The notes: generated from the letters alone by a model not told the origin. A stretch of 64,000 bases of DNA from Octopus sinensis (GCF_006345805.1 NC_043009.1:33790001-33854000), one strand, 5' to 3'; shown: positions 34,801 through 47,736, numbered from the stretch's first letter. Numbers and translations are program-made.

Positions 34801-36539
34801 TTGCTTTCAGTTAATGAACTTTGCCTTCTTTTGATACCTGATTACATTTAGTGGACTTAGCCATTAACCGAGTTTAATGTTGACCATAAACACAGCATGG
34901 CACCAATGACAGGATCTGATAATGTTGGATGTGAAATACAACCCTTTAATTAGAACGTTGACACTCTTGACTTACCTGAAAACCTTAGAAGTATTTAATT
35001 AAGGGTCTAATAACACACTGAAATGATAATGAATCAATCATGCTTGCCAAAGACGTTCCATTTTGTAATTTGTCATAAAAGCTTTCATGTGACATCTAGT
35101 AAAAGTAATCATATAACCATTATCATCTTCATGTTTTTTTTCCTTAATCACCAAAACATGTTTCATGCAAACCATCTAAGGCATTTCTACAAAGTCATCT
35201 CACCTGTTTACTCATTTAACCATCTGCCATCCTTATAATGGGCATCTCCTGTCTTAAGATTTAAATTTTTTGAAAATCTTAAATGTTAGGTCAGTCTACC
35301 TACAGTAAAGGTGGATAAATGTTTTCATTGAATACCAAACTTTGGTATTTCTGGTCTCCATGCCGTAGTTCTCCTGAATGAGGGCTGACTGGGGCAAGGA
35401 GACAAATCGCAGTTTAGCTCTAATATTTTTCTCTGGCTTCAGCTTGGTGCCACTATTTATGAAATTATTTTATTCCTTGAAAGGGGACAGATGTTCCCTC
35501 ATAAATGTAAGCAACTGGCAGCAGCCAGAGAACATAAAAGAGTGCTTTCTCATAATTACTTTGTATCGTTAGAGGCTGAATATTTCAGGTAGAGGATGGC
35601 CTGGAGCAAGCAACTAGATAAAAGTGACTTAGACAAGTTCCTTTACTTTATCTGTCCTTCATTTCAACTTTATAGTTGCTTCTTGAAAGGGTTATGCTTT
35701 AAATGTGAAGACTTTTTCCAGAAACAGACCAAATATTTTAGTTTATAAACTTAACCATTCCATATGAGTGGAAAAATGAAATTCATAAAACAAAATAGAA
35801 AAAATTAATATTTATATTGACATCTTGCTTTATTCATATTTCTATCTTTATTCTCTCTCTTCATTGCCAAAGTTGTTTTTAAGGATTCCTCGATAGTTTT
35901 TTTCTTTCCATTTCTCATGATTCTAATTTTCAGTGTTTGAAACAAATTGTTAGTCACAAAGTTGGAAATGGTTTATTCTAAATCTTGAAACTAATGTTTT
36001 TCTTCTTAGAAAAACATCCCCAAATAACGTGTCTTTGTTCAGCTTTGTTTTATATCTTCTGCCATGTTATATAAAAAGGAAAAATCTATTTTTAACAAGG
36101 TTGTGAAAGGTTTTTCTTTTCCATTGTTATGTACATAAAAGAATATTTTTTTTTTTGTTCAACTGATGCTTGATGTGATATGATAGAATTGCAAAATTCT
36201 ATGTGATAAGTTTGAATTCTATTTCTATGTAATTATAATGCTGCTTTAAGGAATTGGTTTTATCTTGATACAAGAAAGACTGTTTTATTGCATGAATATT
36301 CCTTTTTATTTATTTTTCTTGTTTTATTGCATGTTTTTGTGTGTGTGTGTGTGTGTGTGTGTAATTGCCAAATTTTTGTATATTCTCATGTTTTCAGCTC
36401 TAAATCTTCTTTCTGATTCTTTCTCCTACAAACAGAACCAGCAGACATGCACACCCATACATTATATATTTGTACCCCTGGCACTGTACAAAAAAAAATA
36501 TTAATGGAGGAAAAAATGAAATATTTTGCTATTCTGCCA

Positions 36540-37150
36540 CCTGAGTAACTCTGTATTTCTCCTCCTTCAGAACTCAGACTTTGTCCTTAAAACTACTACA
36601 ATTCCTTCCCAGTAACACCAAATTGTTTAGTACTGTCACTTATCTCAGAATTCCTTAGTGTTTCAGAGACATGAGGCATTCTTCAAATCCTCAATCCAAC
36701 TGCTTCAGTACAATCTCCTCAGCAGTACATTCTTTTTCTAAAATCAAATCCCCTAAATGTGTTGCTCTTTCCTGAGCCTCCTCCACCTTTTACCTTCAAA
36801 TGGAATAAGAATCTATGACCTTCTAGTCAGGAGTACCCTTATTCCAAGCCACATCCAACCTTGAACGCCCCCGCCCCACACACACTCACACCCATGGTAC
36901 CATTCTTGGTTCTTCATTTACCAAACCATACTGAGTCCAAAGTCTACATTCACCTTGACTGACCCTTTCACTTGCACCCTTGAATCTGTCCTTTAATTGA
37001 ACTAATCCCTCCATGGGTTGCCTCTCACTCTGTAGGGCTACTCTACACAAAAGTACGTCCCACTGCTACAGACACAACGAAGAGTGTTTTATCTTCAACC
37101 TGGGAAAGGTATGATTGTACTCCACAACTTCCGTTAATGTTGCCTCATCT
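36540..37150 (+). mobile_element. Decayed Penelope-like element fragment (RT/GIY-YIG region)
   Basis: Frameshifted KNL-DLLVRSTL, PFTCT and EECFIFNLG resemble the PLE motifs NLRDxLVRS, FTCxS and EQxLIFxLG. Confidence 0.5.
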
Positions 37151-37715
37151 ACCCCTGCCCCACCCCATCCCACCACACACGATTCTCGCATTTCAGTTGT
37201 CCTTCCACATTCAATGCAGGTTTTCTTGTTTGTATATCTGTTTTGTGAGGCCACCTCTGGTCTCCTGCCTCAGTTTCTGTACATTCCTCTCTCTTTCTCT
37301 CTCTCTCTCTCTCTCAGTGTTAATGTGTGTGTGTGTGTGTGTATGTATGTGATTATATTTGTGTGTGTCTGTGTATATTGCATCTTACGTCTCCTAAATT
37401 CATTCTGTTGCTTGTACATCTCTATAATTGTGAAGTCTTTCCTGTTCCTTTTTCGTCCGTGCATCTCTCTCTTTCTCTCTCTCTCTCTCTATTCCACTGT
37501 TTGTGCATTTATATGGGACTGTATTTGTGTGCGTGTGTTCTTGCACCTTATGTTTCTTACTCTCATTCTTTCTGTGGCTGTGTGTGTGGTATTCTCAAAA
37601 TACTCTCAATGTCCTCATGTTTATTCTGCTCTCTCTCTCTCTCTCTCTCTACAACTTTGTAAATTTTTCTACAAGATTACATATAACATTGCTTTAATTT
37701 TGATTTGTGTGTGTC

Positions 37716-37748
<33 letters not shown>

Positions 37749-37959
37749 GTATCTGTATGTGTCAATATATGTTTATGAATCTATATATATATATATATAT
37801 ATGTATCTGTATGTGTCAATATATGTTTATGAATCTATATATATATATATATATGTATCTGTATGTGTCAATATATGTCTATGAATCTATATATATATAT
37901 ATATATATATATTTGTGTCTGTATATACGTGTCTGTTTGTGTATATGTCTATATATATG

Positions 37960-38560
37960 TCTAAATGTGTGTGTATGTGTATATGCATGTGTCTATATGT
38001 ATAGATATTTATATATGTGTGTATGTATGTGTATATGCATGTGTCTATATGTATAAATATTTATATATATGTGTATGTATGTGTATATACATGTGTCTAT
38101 ATGTATAAATATTTATATATGTGTGTATGTATGTGTATATGCATGTGTCTATATGTATAAATATTTATATATGTGTGTATGTATGTGTATATACATGTGT
38201 CTATATGTATAAATATTTATATATGTGTGTATGTGTATATGCATGTGTCTATATGTATAGATATTTATATATGTGTGTATGTATGTGTATATGCATGTGT
38301 CTATATGTATAAATATTTATATATGTGTGTATGTATGTGTATATACATGTGTCTATATGTATAAATATTTATATATGTGTGTATGTATGTGTATATACAT
38401 GTCTATATGTATAAATATTTATATATGTGTGTATGTATGTGTATATACATGTGTCTATATGTATAAATATTTATATATGTGTATGTATGTGTATATACAT
38501 GTGTCTATATGTATAAATATTTATATATGTGTGTATGTATGTGTATATGCATGTGTATTT
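37960..38560. repeat. About 52-bp minisatellite, about 11 units
   Basis: gtctatatgtat at 37991, 38043, 38095, 38147, 38199, 38247, 38299, 38351, 38401, 38453, 38503. Confidence 0.9.
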
Positions 38561-39239
38561 GTGTCTATATACATGTCTGAATATATGTACATGTTTATAT
38601 GTGTGTATGTATTTATACATACAATTTAGTCATTTAAAATGACCGCATTGTTACTTCAAGCTTTAAGTCTGATTTCAAGAACATATCTAAAAGAATGTCT
38701 AGGTTTAGAAATGTTTTAAGGAGTATAACAATGTATGACATAATATTGTTGTATTTCCTTTTGTTGTTGTATGTTGGAAGGAAGAAATACAAAGTGTCTT
38801 CATGTATGTCACGTATGGCCTTTGTTGTTTTTTACCTTTTCAGAACATGGGTTTGTCAGTTGGATGAAGATTATTTTCTTTTCCTTTTTAAGTAGATAGG
38901 AAACTTGAAATAACAGTCTATTATCTTTAAATATATATTTATGCATACATACATACAAACACACACGCATGCTCACACACACACCCATGCACACACACAC
39001 ATTGTTACAATTTGCAAAAGTTTTCATGGATATGGTTTCATCTGGAGACCAGTAATGGCTGTATCCAAATTCTTCAGAGTATCAGATGTAATTTATGGTA
39101 CTCCTTCTGGCCTTAACTTATGTTAAGGGGAAAGAGTACAGGTCAGATTTTTGGTAATGCTAGGGCAGAAGGTCTTTGGAGGAGTGAGGAAGGAGATCCA
39201 TTCAGCAAAAAGGGACAGACTATTTACACCTTGCCAAGC

Positions 39240-39314
<75 letters not shown>

Positions 39315-39524
39315 GTGTATATGTATTACAGAAGCTGGGGACAGATAGATGCCCAGAATTAAGGAGAATCACAGAACACACATCAACATACAAATATGCA
39401 CTCACTCACCTTCATCTTGATATCTGTCTATCCATACTGCAATGATAACATTAACAAAGGATTGCCCCCTCCCTCCCCCCACAATATGGACGGGAATGAT
39501 ATGACGAATTTCCAACACTTTACA

Positions 39525-39525
39525 A

Positions 39526-39556
<31 letters not shown>

Positions 39557-39804
39557 TCACTCACTCACTCACTCACTCACTCACTCACTCACTCACTCAC
39601 TCACTCACTCACTCACTCACTCACTCACTCACTCACTCACTCACTCACTCACTCACTCACTCACTCACTCACTCACTCACTCACTCACTCACTCACTCAC
39701 TCACTCACACTCACTCACTCACTCACTCACTTCACTCACTCACTCAACTCACTCACTCACTCACTCACTCACTCACTCTCTCTCTCACTCTCTCTCTCAC
39801 TCTC

Positions 39805-39866
<62 letters not shown>
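39525..39866. repeat. Compound (AC)n-(ACTC)n-(TC)n microsatellite
   Basis: Direct inspection. Confidence 0.95.
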
Positions 39867-39869
<3 letters not shown>

Positions 39870-40789
39870 ACTGGTAGAAATAACTCCACCCTGCTATCAA
39901 AATACATCTGGGTACTTAACTAATGTAAATTAAATTGGAAACAAATGGCTAATGCAAAAGCTTATTCTAGTGACTGTTGTCCGTGTAGTTTATGCACCAT
40001 TGGGGTACACCACATTGCTTTTGTTAAAGAAAAAGGGGGGAAACCAAACAACTCAAGCTATTAAATAAGCACCGAAAAGAATATTTGCTGTCCACATAAA
40101 ACCTTTATAACAGTGATTCCCAATCATTTTTGACCCTCCTGGACCCTCACATGTGTAAAAAAAAATCCTGTTATATCTTTATGATTAAATATTAGGAATT
40201 TTATAAAAAAGAAATTTTAATATTTTGAGTATTGTAGAAGTAAAACCGATTTATTGCAGATAAATTTTAAGAACAAAATCTTGTATGGACCCTGGTTGTG
40301 AACCCACTGCTTTAAAGCCTACAAGTACTTCCAACTTACTTCTTAACATCTAAACCTCATTAACCTTAGGGCAGGTAAATGCTGCAGATATTGCTCCATT
40401 TTTTTTTTTTTGTCTTTACTTCAAGCACCAGCCACCCCTCAGGCTACCCTTCACTCACACATGAACATATTCAGAAATACCCACACACACATCTACAGAT
40501 ACACACATACAACCACTAGGGCTAGAATCTACACATCAGGACTCTGTTCTAAAATACCCGATAGTTTCATCTATTCTGTTTTCTATCTTGCTTTTTGCCT
40601 CTCCCACTTGCCCTTAATTGTAGCATATGTCTGTGTGTGTGGTGTAATTGTATATTTGTTCATGTGTGCATCTGTTGCTATATATTTAAGTATGCATGGC
40701 TCCCTGTCTGTATGTTATGGATATACATATTTTTTTTTTCATGTTTTATTTTACTTATATATATTTGATACCATCTGTCTTCTACCTCC

Positions 40790-41440
40790 TGCAACCTGTC
40801 TCCAGTCATCTCACAGACCTGCTAACACTGTTCTTCTTCCATGTGTATAATATATTATTTTTCCTGCATCCATCACCACCACCACTCGTGCCTCTTCCAG
40901 CCCTACAATACCCATTCATTCCATCCTCCCTCCATGGACCACTATCCATCAACCTGATTGACCCTGCCACTGGATGCTGAGCCCTGGTCAATTCAGTCCC
41001 TTGATCCTATTTATTGAGACCAGTCTGCATGTATGTGTGTGGTAGTTAGATCACTTAAGCTGAACTCTCTGCCCTCTGCTCCCTTTCTTTTCTAACTCCA
41101 CCACCCTCACAATAACTAACCACCTCACCTTCCACATTACAGACTTTCTGTTGAACTTCCATTAACCTTTATCTATTCACTCAACTCTTTCCTCTGCAAT
41201 TTAATTTCTGTTTAGTAAAAAAGCTGCTTATTGTCTGATAAGTTTGGAAAATACATCAAACTTGGCAACAAGTCACCTGTTGCTTGGCATTTCTACTCTG
41301 CTGACTGTTCCATCTAACATCTTTGTCTTTAGCTTTGCCTTGAATGCAGCATCTCCCAACTTTTGTTTCCAGGGGCAACAGAAATTCATCTTCTTTCTAT
41401 TAACTTTCACCCTATCCCTTAAATTCCCATCCTCAGTTAC
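40790..41440 (+). mobile_element. Decayed Penelope-like GIY-YIG endonuclease fragment
   Basis: Frameshifted FHITDF...TSINL, NKSPVAWHFYSADCS and GQQKFIFFL match the PLE endonuclease motif order. Confidence 0.55.
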
Positions 41441-42782
41441 ACTAAACCAATATTTCCACAATGGTAGGCATACGCTGGACCACACACACACACAAAGCAA
41501 GTCTGTACATACATGCACACACACACACAAAGCAAGTCTGTACATACATGCACACACACCAATTCTTACTCATGTACAAGCCATACTTACACCCTCCACA
41601 CACACACACACACACACATTGCAATTCATATATGCTATAAAATCAGTTATGCATATACACACATCCCTCTCTCTTTTCCCCTGTTGTCTGACCACCACAC
41701 ACACACAATGCAATTCATATTGCACACCACACACACACAAACTCACTCATGCCACAATATTTACACATCTCTATACACCCTTGCATGCAACCAGTTACAC
41801 ATGCATTTTGCCACATGGCTGCTACATATCATGACAAAAGCACCCCCATGTTTAATCTCAGCACCTTTTTTTGTCTTCATCACATAACCACCTCACCTCC
41901 CATAACTTCTCATCCTTTCCTGTCTCCAATTTTTGACAATACGCTTCCTATTTCTCTCTTCCTTCCTTCCTCCTTAAACACCTTATTTATTGTATTGAGT
42001 TCTTTATGTTGTTTTTTTTTTAATCATTTTCATTTTGTATTCTGTACATATGTGTAATTACATACATGGCTGTCTGTAGAGGTGTTTGCATGTGTATACA
42101 TGTCTGTCTGTCGCAGGTGTGTCTGTTTATATGTATGTGAGTGAGTGAGTGTATGTGTGTATATCAATGCATATGTGCCTGTTCCTTGATTCTCCTTAAT
42201 TCTGTGTATCTATTTCGCTGTCTTCAGTTTCTGCAATTTTATACACTTGTGTATGGGTATAGATGTATAAATGTGCGACAGGGTGTATATAGTCTTCCCC
42301 TTTAGGTGAATGGGTCTTCTTTCCCCTCCTCTCCAGACTTTTGCCCCTGCATTACCAGAAGCTGACCAGTATCATCTCTTCCACTCTGAAGAACTGTCAG
42401 TTGTTTTTGATACTCTGAAGAATCAAGATATAGTTGTACTGATTTTCAAATGAAACAGCTTGCAAGCTGGCAATAACTTTATATCTATGTGTGTGTGTGT
42501 TTGTGTATACAGTGGGGAGGGAGCATAGGGTGTTTCATTAGTGCAAAACAAGATGGAGAAAATGATGCTTAAAGACCCAAAGGTAAGGTAACATGCAGAG
42601 TCTTGTTGAAACTGGAAAACTTCGTAAAACCATTGATTTGAGTTTCGTGGAACCAGTCATAACAAAAATGATCTTCTGGAACAATATAATGTTTTGTTCC
42701 AATATATTTCAGTTCAATTCTGTCTTCTGATTGGTTATGCGAAATTCAGTCATGAATAACGGTTGGTTTTTCAGCCTTGGAA

Positions 42783-42813
<31 letters not shown>

Positions 42814-42927
42814 ACACACACATTATGTCTTACTGGATATATTATGTCCTGTTCTGTCTTATTGTGTATATGATTTATTTTGTAATTGTCATTATATATA
42901 CATATAGATGTGTTTATAGTTATATCT

Positions 42928-42966
<39 letters not shown>

Positions 42967-43934
42967 CATCAATTAATCAATTTAGGGTAGCAAAAAATTC
43001 AATGGAAATTATTTTGCCACCAGCGGTCTAGTGAGAAAGAGGAAATAGTCAGAGACTATGAATAAATTCAACAGCCGTTCCTCAATTGTTGTTGAATATA
43101 TATATATATACTTATGTCTTACTGTAAATATCATTATGTCTTTCACTCCCCATCTTGGTTGTCGATATATCTTTATATATTGCGGTGTCTAATGTCTTAC
43201 TTTGTATTTTCTATGAATCGTTATTTGTTGTACTTTTATATTATCGCTGATGTCAGTTTATTAATGTTTGATAATATTTATGCTTCCGATAAATAAACAT
43301 CTGCTGTTTACTTTATTTTGTCATCTTATTCTATTTTTATCTTTATTATTCCATGTTTGTGTTGGGCTGGGGTCCAGTTAGTTGTTGGGGCAGTTTTTTT
43401 TTCTTTTCTTTTCTTACAGGTGAATTGATGCCTTTCTTAGAATTAACTGCTCAACTGTAAAGAACGGGAGTGACACCAAGCCAGAATATACACATACTTT
43501 ACTCAGGGGCACAACCAAGACTTGAACTCTTGACTGTGTGCATTGATGTTAGGCATTTAAAGCAATTAGCAAACATGTGACACAAGGTATTAGGCCATAT
43601 TTGCTTTTGTGATTGCTAAGCTTTGCAAGTTCTGTGTATGTATGTGTGTGTGTGTGTGTGTGTGTACAACAGACTTCTTTCATTTTTGTCTGCCAAATCT
43701 ATTCCATGGAATTGAACCTGAATCAATGTTGTTGCAAGGTGATCATCATAACCAGACAGCTAAGCCTGAACCAATGTGACTGTGTGTGTCTACACACCCA
43801 CACACATCTTTCATTAGTGTGGAAGTTGTACATTAACATAGAAATTATTGAGCCAACAAAGATGTTTTACTAATAAATCTGAAGATGCAAGCCTTTAGTG
43901 ACTCTGTTTCTACTACAAATAGTAATAATAATTC

Positions 43935-44345
43935 TTTTCTACTCTAGGCACAAGGCCTGAAATTTTGGGGGAAGAGGCCAGTCAATTAGATCAACCGCAG
44001 TATGCAACTGGTACTTAATCTATTGACCCCGAAAGGATGAAAGGTAAAGTTGACCCAGCAGAATTTGAACTCAGAACATGAAGACATGAAATACCACTAA
44101 GCATTTTGCCTGGCATGCTAACATTATTTCTTTATTGCCCACAAGGGGCTAAACTTAGCGGGGACAAACAAGGACAAGGGGATTGTGTTGATTACATCGA
44201 CTCCAGTGCGTAACTGGTACTTAATTTATCGACCCTGAAAGGATGAAAGGCAAATCAACTTTGGAGGAATTTGAACTCAGAACGTAGTGGCAGACAAAAT
44301 ACCACTAAGCATTTTGCCTGGTGTGCTAACGTTCCTGCCAGCTTG
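43935..44345 (-). mobile_element. Two head-to-tail family B SINE copies
   Basis: gaccccgaaaggatgaaagg...gaatttgaactcagaac occurs twice; further partial copies at about 45660-45890 and 51660-51860. Confidence 0.75.
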
Positions 44346-44354
44346 AATAATAAT

Positions 44355-44587
44355 CAAAATAGCTAGTTGTAAAATCTCAAGAGATCAGAGTAGTAATTAT
44401 ACTAAGTTAATCGCCACATCAAAATGACCATTCCATGTTACCGCTAGTTTAACCCTAGGCAGACCATCTACCAGTTGGTTACCGGTGCAGCACTGCACCC
44501 TCTGTATACAATATATATTGTTAGCTATACTTGTTAGTAAAGTTACTATTCTGATCTCTTTTTGAGATTTTACAACTAACTATTTTG
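44355..44587. mobile_element. Foldback/MITE-like element with about 50-bp imperfect TIRs; partial inverted second copy at 44770-44876
   Basis: caaaatagctagttgtaaaatctcaagagatcagagtagtaa vs ttactattctgatctcttttgagattttacaactaactattttg; no TSD seen. Confidence 0.6.
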
Positions 44588-44677
44588 CTTGTTGCAAATC
44601 AGTGACCAATGGTCACTTTGTTTACAATATACTGCTGGCTGGAGTGGACCCTGGCTATCGCTCTGGGGACCAGGTGC

Positions 44678-44726
44678 TTGCGACTGAGGATGAGCCAACC
44701 AGCTTGAAACTGAGTCAGTCTCACAA
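44678..44726 (+). ncRNA. Minimal type I hammerhead ribozyme motif (Penelope/retrozyme-type), slightly CpG-decayed
   Basis: TTGCGA-CTGAGGA-T-GAGC(CAACCA)GCTT-GAA-ACTGA(G)TCAGT-C^-TCACAA: core CUGANGA and GAAA, stems I/II/III and a GUC cleavage triplet in the correct order. Confidence 0.65.
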
Positions 44727-44877
44727 CCCTGTTGTCTGCTAGAGGATGATAGGGCTTCACTCTTCCTGCTAGCAATATAGAGGGTGCAGCAATGTACTGA
44801 TAACCAGCTGGTGGAGGATCTGCCTTGGGTTAAACTAGTAATAACATGGAGCAGCCACTGATGAGGCGATTAACTTT

Positions 44878-45272
44878 ATTCTTTTATTTGTTTCAGTCAT
44901 TTGACTGCGGCCATGCTAGAGCACCACCTTTAGTCAAACAAATCGACCCCAGCGCTTATTCTTTGTAAGCCTAGTACTAATTCTATCAGTCTCTCTTGCT
45001 GAACCGCTAAGTTATGGGGATGTAAACACACCAGCATCGGTTGTCAAGCGATGGTGTGGGGGCAAATACATACAACCACACACACAGACATGCATATATA
45101 TATATATATATACGACAGACTTCTTTCAGTTTCTGTCTACAAAATCCACTCACAAGGCTTCGGTCAGCCTGAGGCTATAGTAGAAGACACCTGCCCAAGG
45201 TACCACACAGTGGGACTGAACCCAGAACCATGTGATTGGTAAGCAAACTACTTACCACACAGCCACTCCTTT
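44878..45272 (-). mobile_element. Family A SINE, near full length
   Basis: Reverse complement of the 5649 copy. Confidence 0.85.
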
Positions 45273-46980
45273 CCACTATTGGCACAAGGCCTGAAATTTT
45301 GAGGGAGGGGTCAAGTCAATTTCATCAATCCCAGTGCTTGACCAATACTTGCTTTATCAATCCCAAAAGGCAAAGTTGACCATTTGAACTCAGAAAATAA
45401 GAGGAGCTGCAAGAAATACTGCCAAATATTTTCTCCAATATGCTAGTAGTTCTACCAGCTTGCCACCCTGATAATAATGCTTTCTACTATAGGCACAACT
45501 TCTGATATTTTGATAGAGGGGGCTAGTTGATTATATTCACCCCTGTATTCAACCGCCATCCGTTTTATTGACCCCACCCCTTCCACAAGGAAGAACGGTA
45601 AAGTTGACTTCAGCAGAATTTTTAACTCATAATTTTGAGCCATAACATTTGTCAGCTCGCTGCCTTAATAATTCTTTCTACTAAAGGCACAAGGCCTGAA
45701 ATTTGGGGGTGGGGGAGAGTCAGTTACAGTGACCCCAGTATTTCACTGGTACTTAATTTATCCACCCCCGCCCCAAAAAGAATGAAAGGCAAAATCGACC
45801 TTGGCAGAATTCGAACCCAGAACATAAAGACGGACGAAAGGCCACTAAGCATTTCGCCTGGCAAGCTAACGCTTCTGCCAGCTACACAACATAATAATAA
45901 TAACAATAATAATAATAATGATTTCTAATTTTTGCACAAGACCAGCAATTTTTGTTTATGGGAAGGGTTAGATTGATTGCATTGAGCTGTGTTCCACTGG
46001 TACTTATTTCATCGACCCCTCCATCCACCCAAAAGGATGAATGACAAAGTCGACCTTGGTGTGTAGGGAAACCTATATAATACAGAGCCTTGTTCCAGTC
46101 TGTCGTCAGCTCAAAGGCGTTTATCTCTATTATTCAATGTCTGTCCCTAGTAACTCAATATTGAATCAGATTTGTATAACATTTCATTGCTTTTCTCTTC
46201 AACGGCTTATTTACTTAATAAGTTTCGTCAGAGGAAAGGAGCTGCATCAATAACCTCCATCGGACATCAAAGACGTGGGGAGATTGATGTGGTCGAACTG
46301 CAGGGGACAGTGTGGGTGAGGGATGACTTCCAGTGGGAGGATATTCTAGAAAAGAAGGATTAGTATAATGGTTAGATCAGGATCTGAGAAGGAGCGAGAA
46401 AACAAATGTATGAGGTAGGCATGGGTGGAAGTATAATGCAACCAATGAGCTCTGGAGATGCAGAAGAAAATGTATACGAAGAGGAGTGTAGGCAATATAT
46501 CCCTTTCTCCACGTCGAAGAAGGTTTATAAAGATGTGAGCACTTGCTGCTCTCTATGATGTTACGCGGATGTTCGATCTGCTAGAAATAGCAGCCAGAGT
46601 TCTCTTAATTACATCCTACCATATTAAGGAGGCATTGATTATGTTGTCTGGGTTATCTGTATATATATATATAATACTGGAAAAAGAGCACAAGCAGGGA
46701 TGATCGTGGGTGTATTACTTTTAACCATAGCCCTGTTAAGAGTTTACCAGGGGCTAAACCATAAAGCGGTTGCTCGGCTTGCTAAAAAACTAGCCCAAAC
46801 CCCCTCAGATTGCACGCTACTGTCTTTAAATAAAGGTTATATTGGACAATGGACGTACTCCTTGATGTACAGAAAATGGCTGGGACGCTTTCCCTTATAG
46901 ATCTGTACGTTCAGAGTTGACCTGGGGACTGAACAATAACGAATAATTAAACACACTCTGGCCCACCTTTAAGCAAGTTA

Positions 46981-46990
46981 ACCGGAAGTT
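46981..46990. promoter_or_regulatory. ETS/GABP-type motif ACCGGAAGTT in the probable FBXL12-like promoter
   Basis: Matches the CCGGAAGT consensus about 300 bp upstream of the ATG; motif only. Confidence 0.3.
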
Positions 46991-47289
46991 GTTAATTAAC
47001 ACCGAATTATTATTATCTTTTATCAATTGCAGAAATTTAAATTAAAGAAATAGAAACAGAGATAATTTAGCTTTAAAGGTTTAAAAAGAAATTATAAAAC
47101 TAAAAATTTTTTAAAATATTTTATGGAGTATATGAATAATAGAATTGCCAAATCAATTCTCGTTTGGACGTAATTCTTGCAGAGAAGAGGAAACAGTGTT
47201 CGAAGTGTGAACATGTGTTGTTGCTGTGAAGCTTCTGCCAACTGTTTACATTCCATCTTTCTCTTTCTCAGCTGATTGACTTCTTATAA

Positions 47290-47393
47290 ATGGTCATGGC
47301 ATCGGAACCATGTCCATTTGCATGGCTTCCCGATTCATTAATTCTCATGATCTTTCAGAATCTACCCGTCAAATCCCTCTGTATTTGTGGAGC
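47290..47393 (+). CDS. FBXL12: FBXL12-like exon 1 (F-box)
   Basis: ATG 47290 (or 47296); MVMASEPCPFAWLPDSLILMIFQNLPVKSLCICG, donor GC|GTGAGT, phase 2; an acceptor CTCAG ending 47271 implies an upstream UTR exon. Confidence 0.88.
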
Positions 47394-47657
47394 GTGAGTT
47401 TGTTTTGGGGTTAATTATTTCTTTCTTAGGTTTTCTATATTTCTCACCCTCTTTTTTTTTTCCTGTCTCGTTTCATGTTGTATCTAAAGACTCTTCTTAG
47501 TCATTTGCTCTTACATCATATAAAGGTATACACACACACAAATATAAAATACACATCTATACACAAAGCACACTCATTAAGTACGACCACAGACAGACAC
47601 ACACCTATCTATCTGTCTATGTGTGTGTGTGTATATCTATCTATCTATCTATCTATC

Positions 47658-47736
<79 letters not shown>

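Noticed and set aside
33960-34990. GC-richer stretch that looks like decayed coding sequence
   Set aside because: No long open frame or motif I could identify; needs BLASTx.
37115-38629. Long ORFs (313 aa and others) rich in Y/I/C/V/M
   Set aside because: They translate (TA)/(TG)/(CT) repeats and the 52-bp minisatellite, which lack stops in some frames; no protein signal.
39396-39923. 175-aa ORF with THSL repeats
   Set aside because: Translation of the (ACTC)n microsatellite.
46200-46240. Minus-strand CTGACGA followed by a hairpin, as a third hammerhead
   Set aside because: GAAA is replaced by GAAG and no stem III or stem I could be built.
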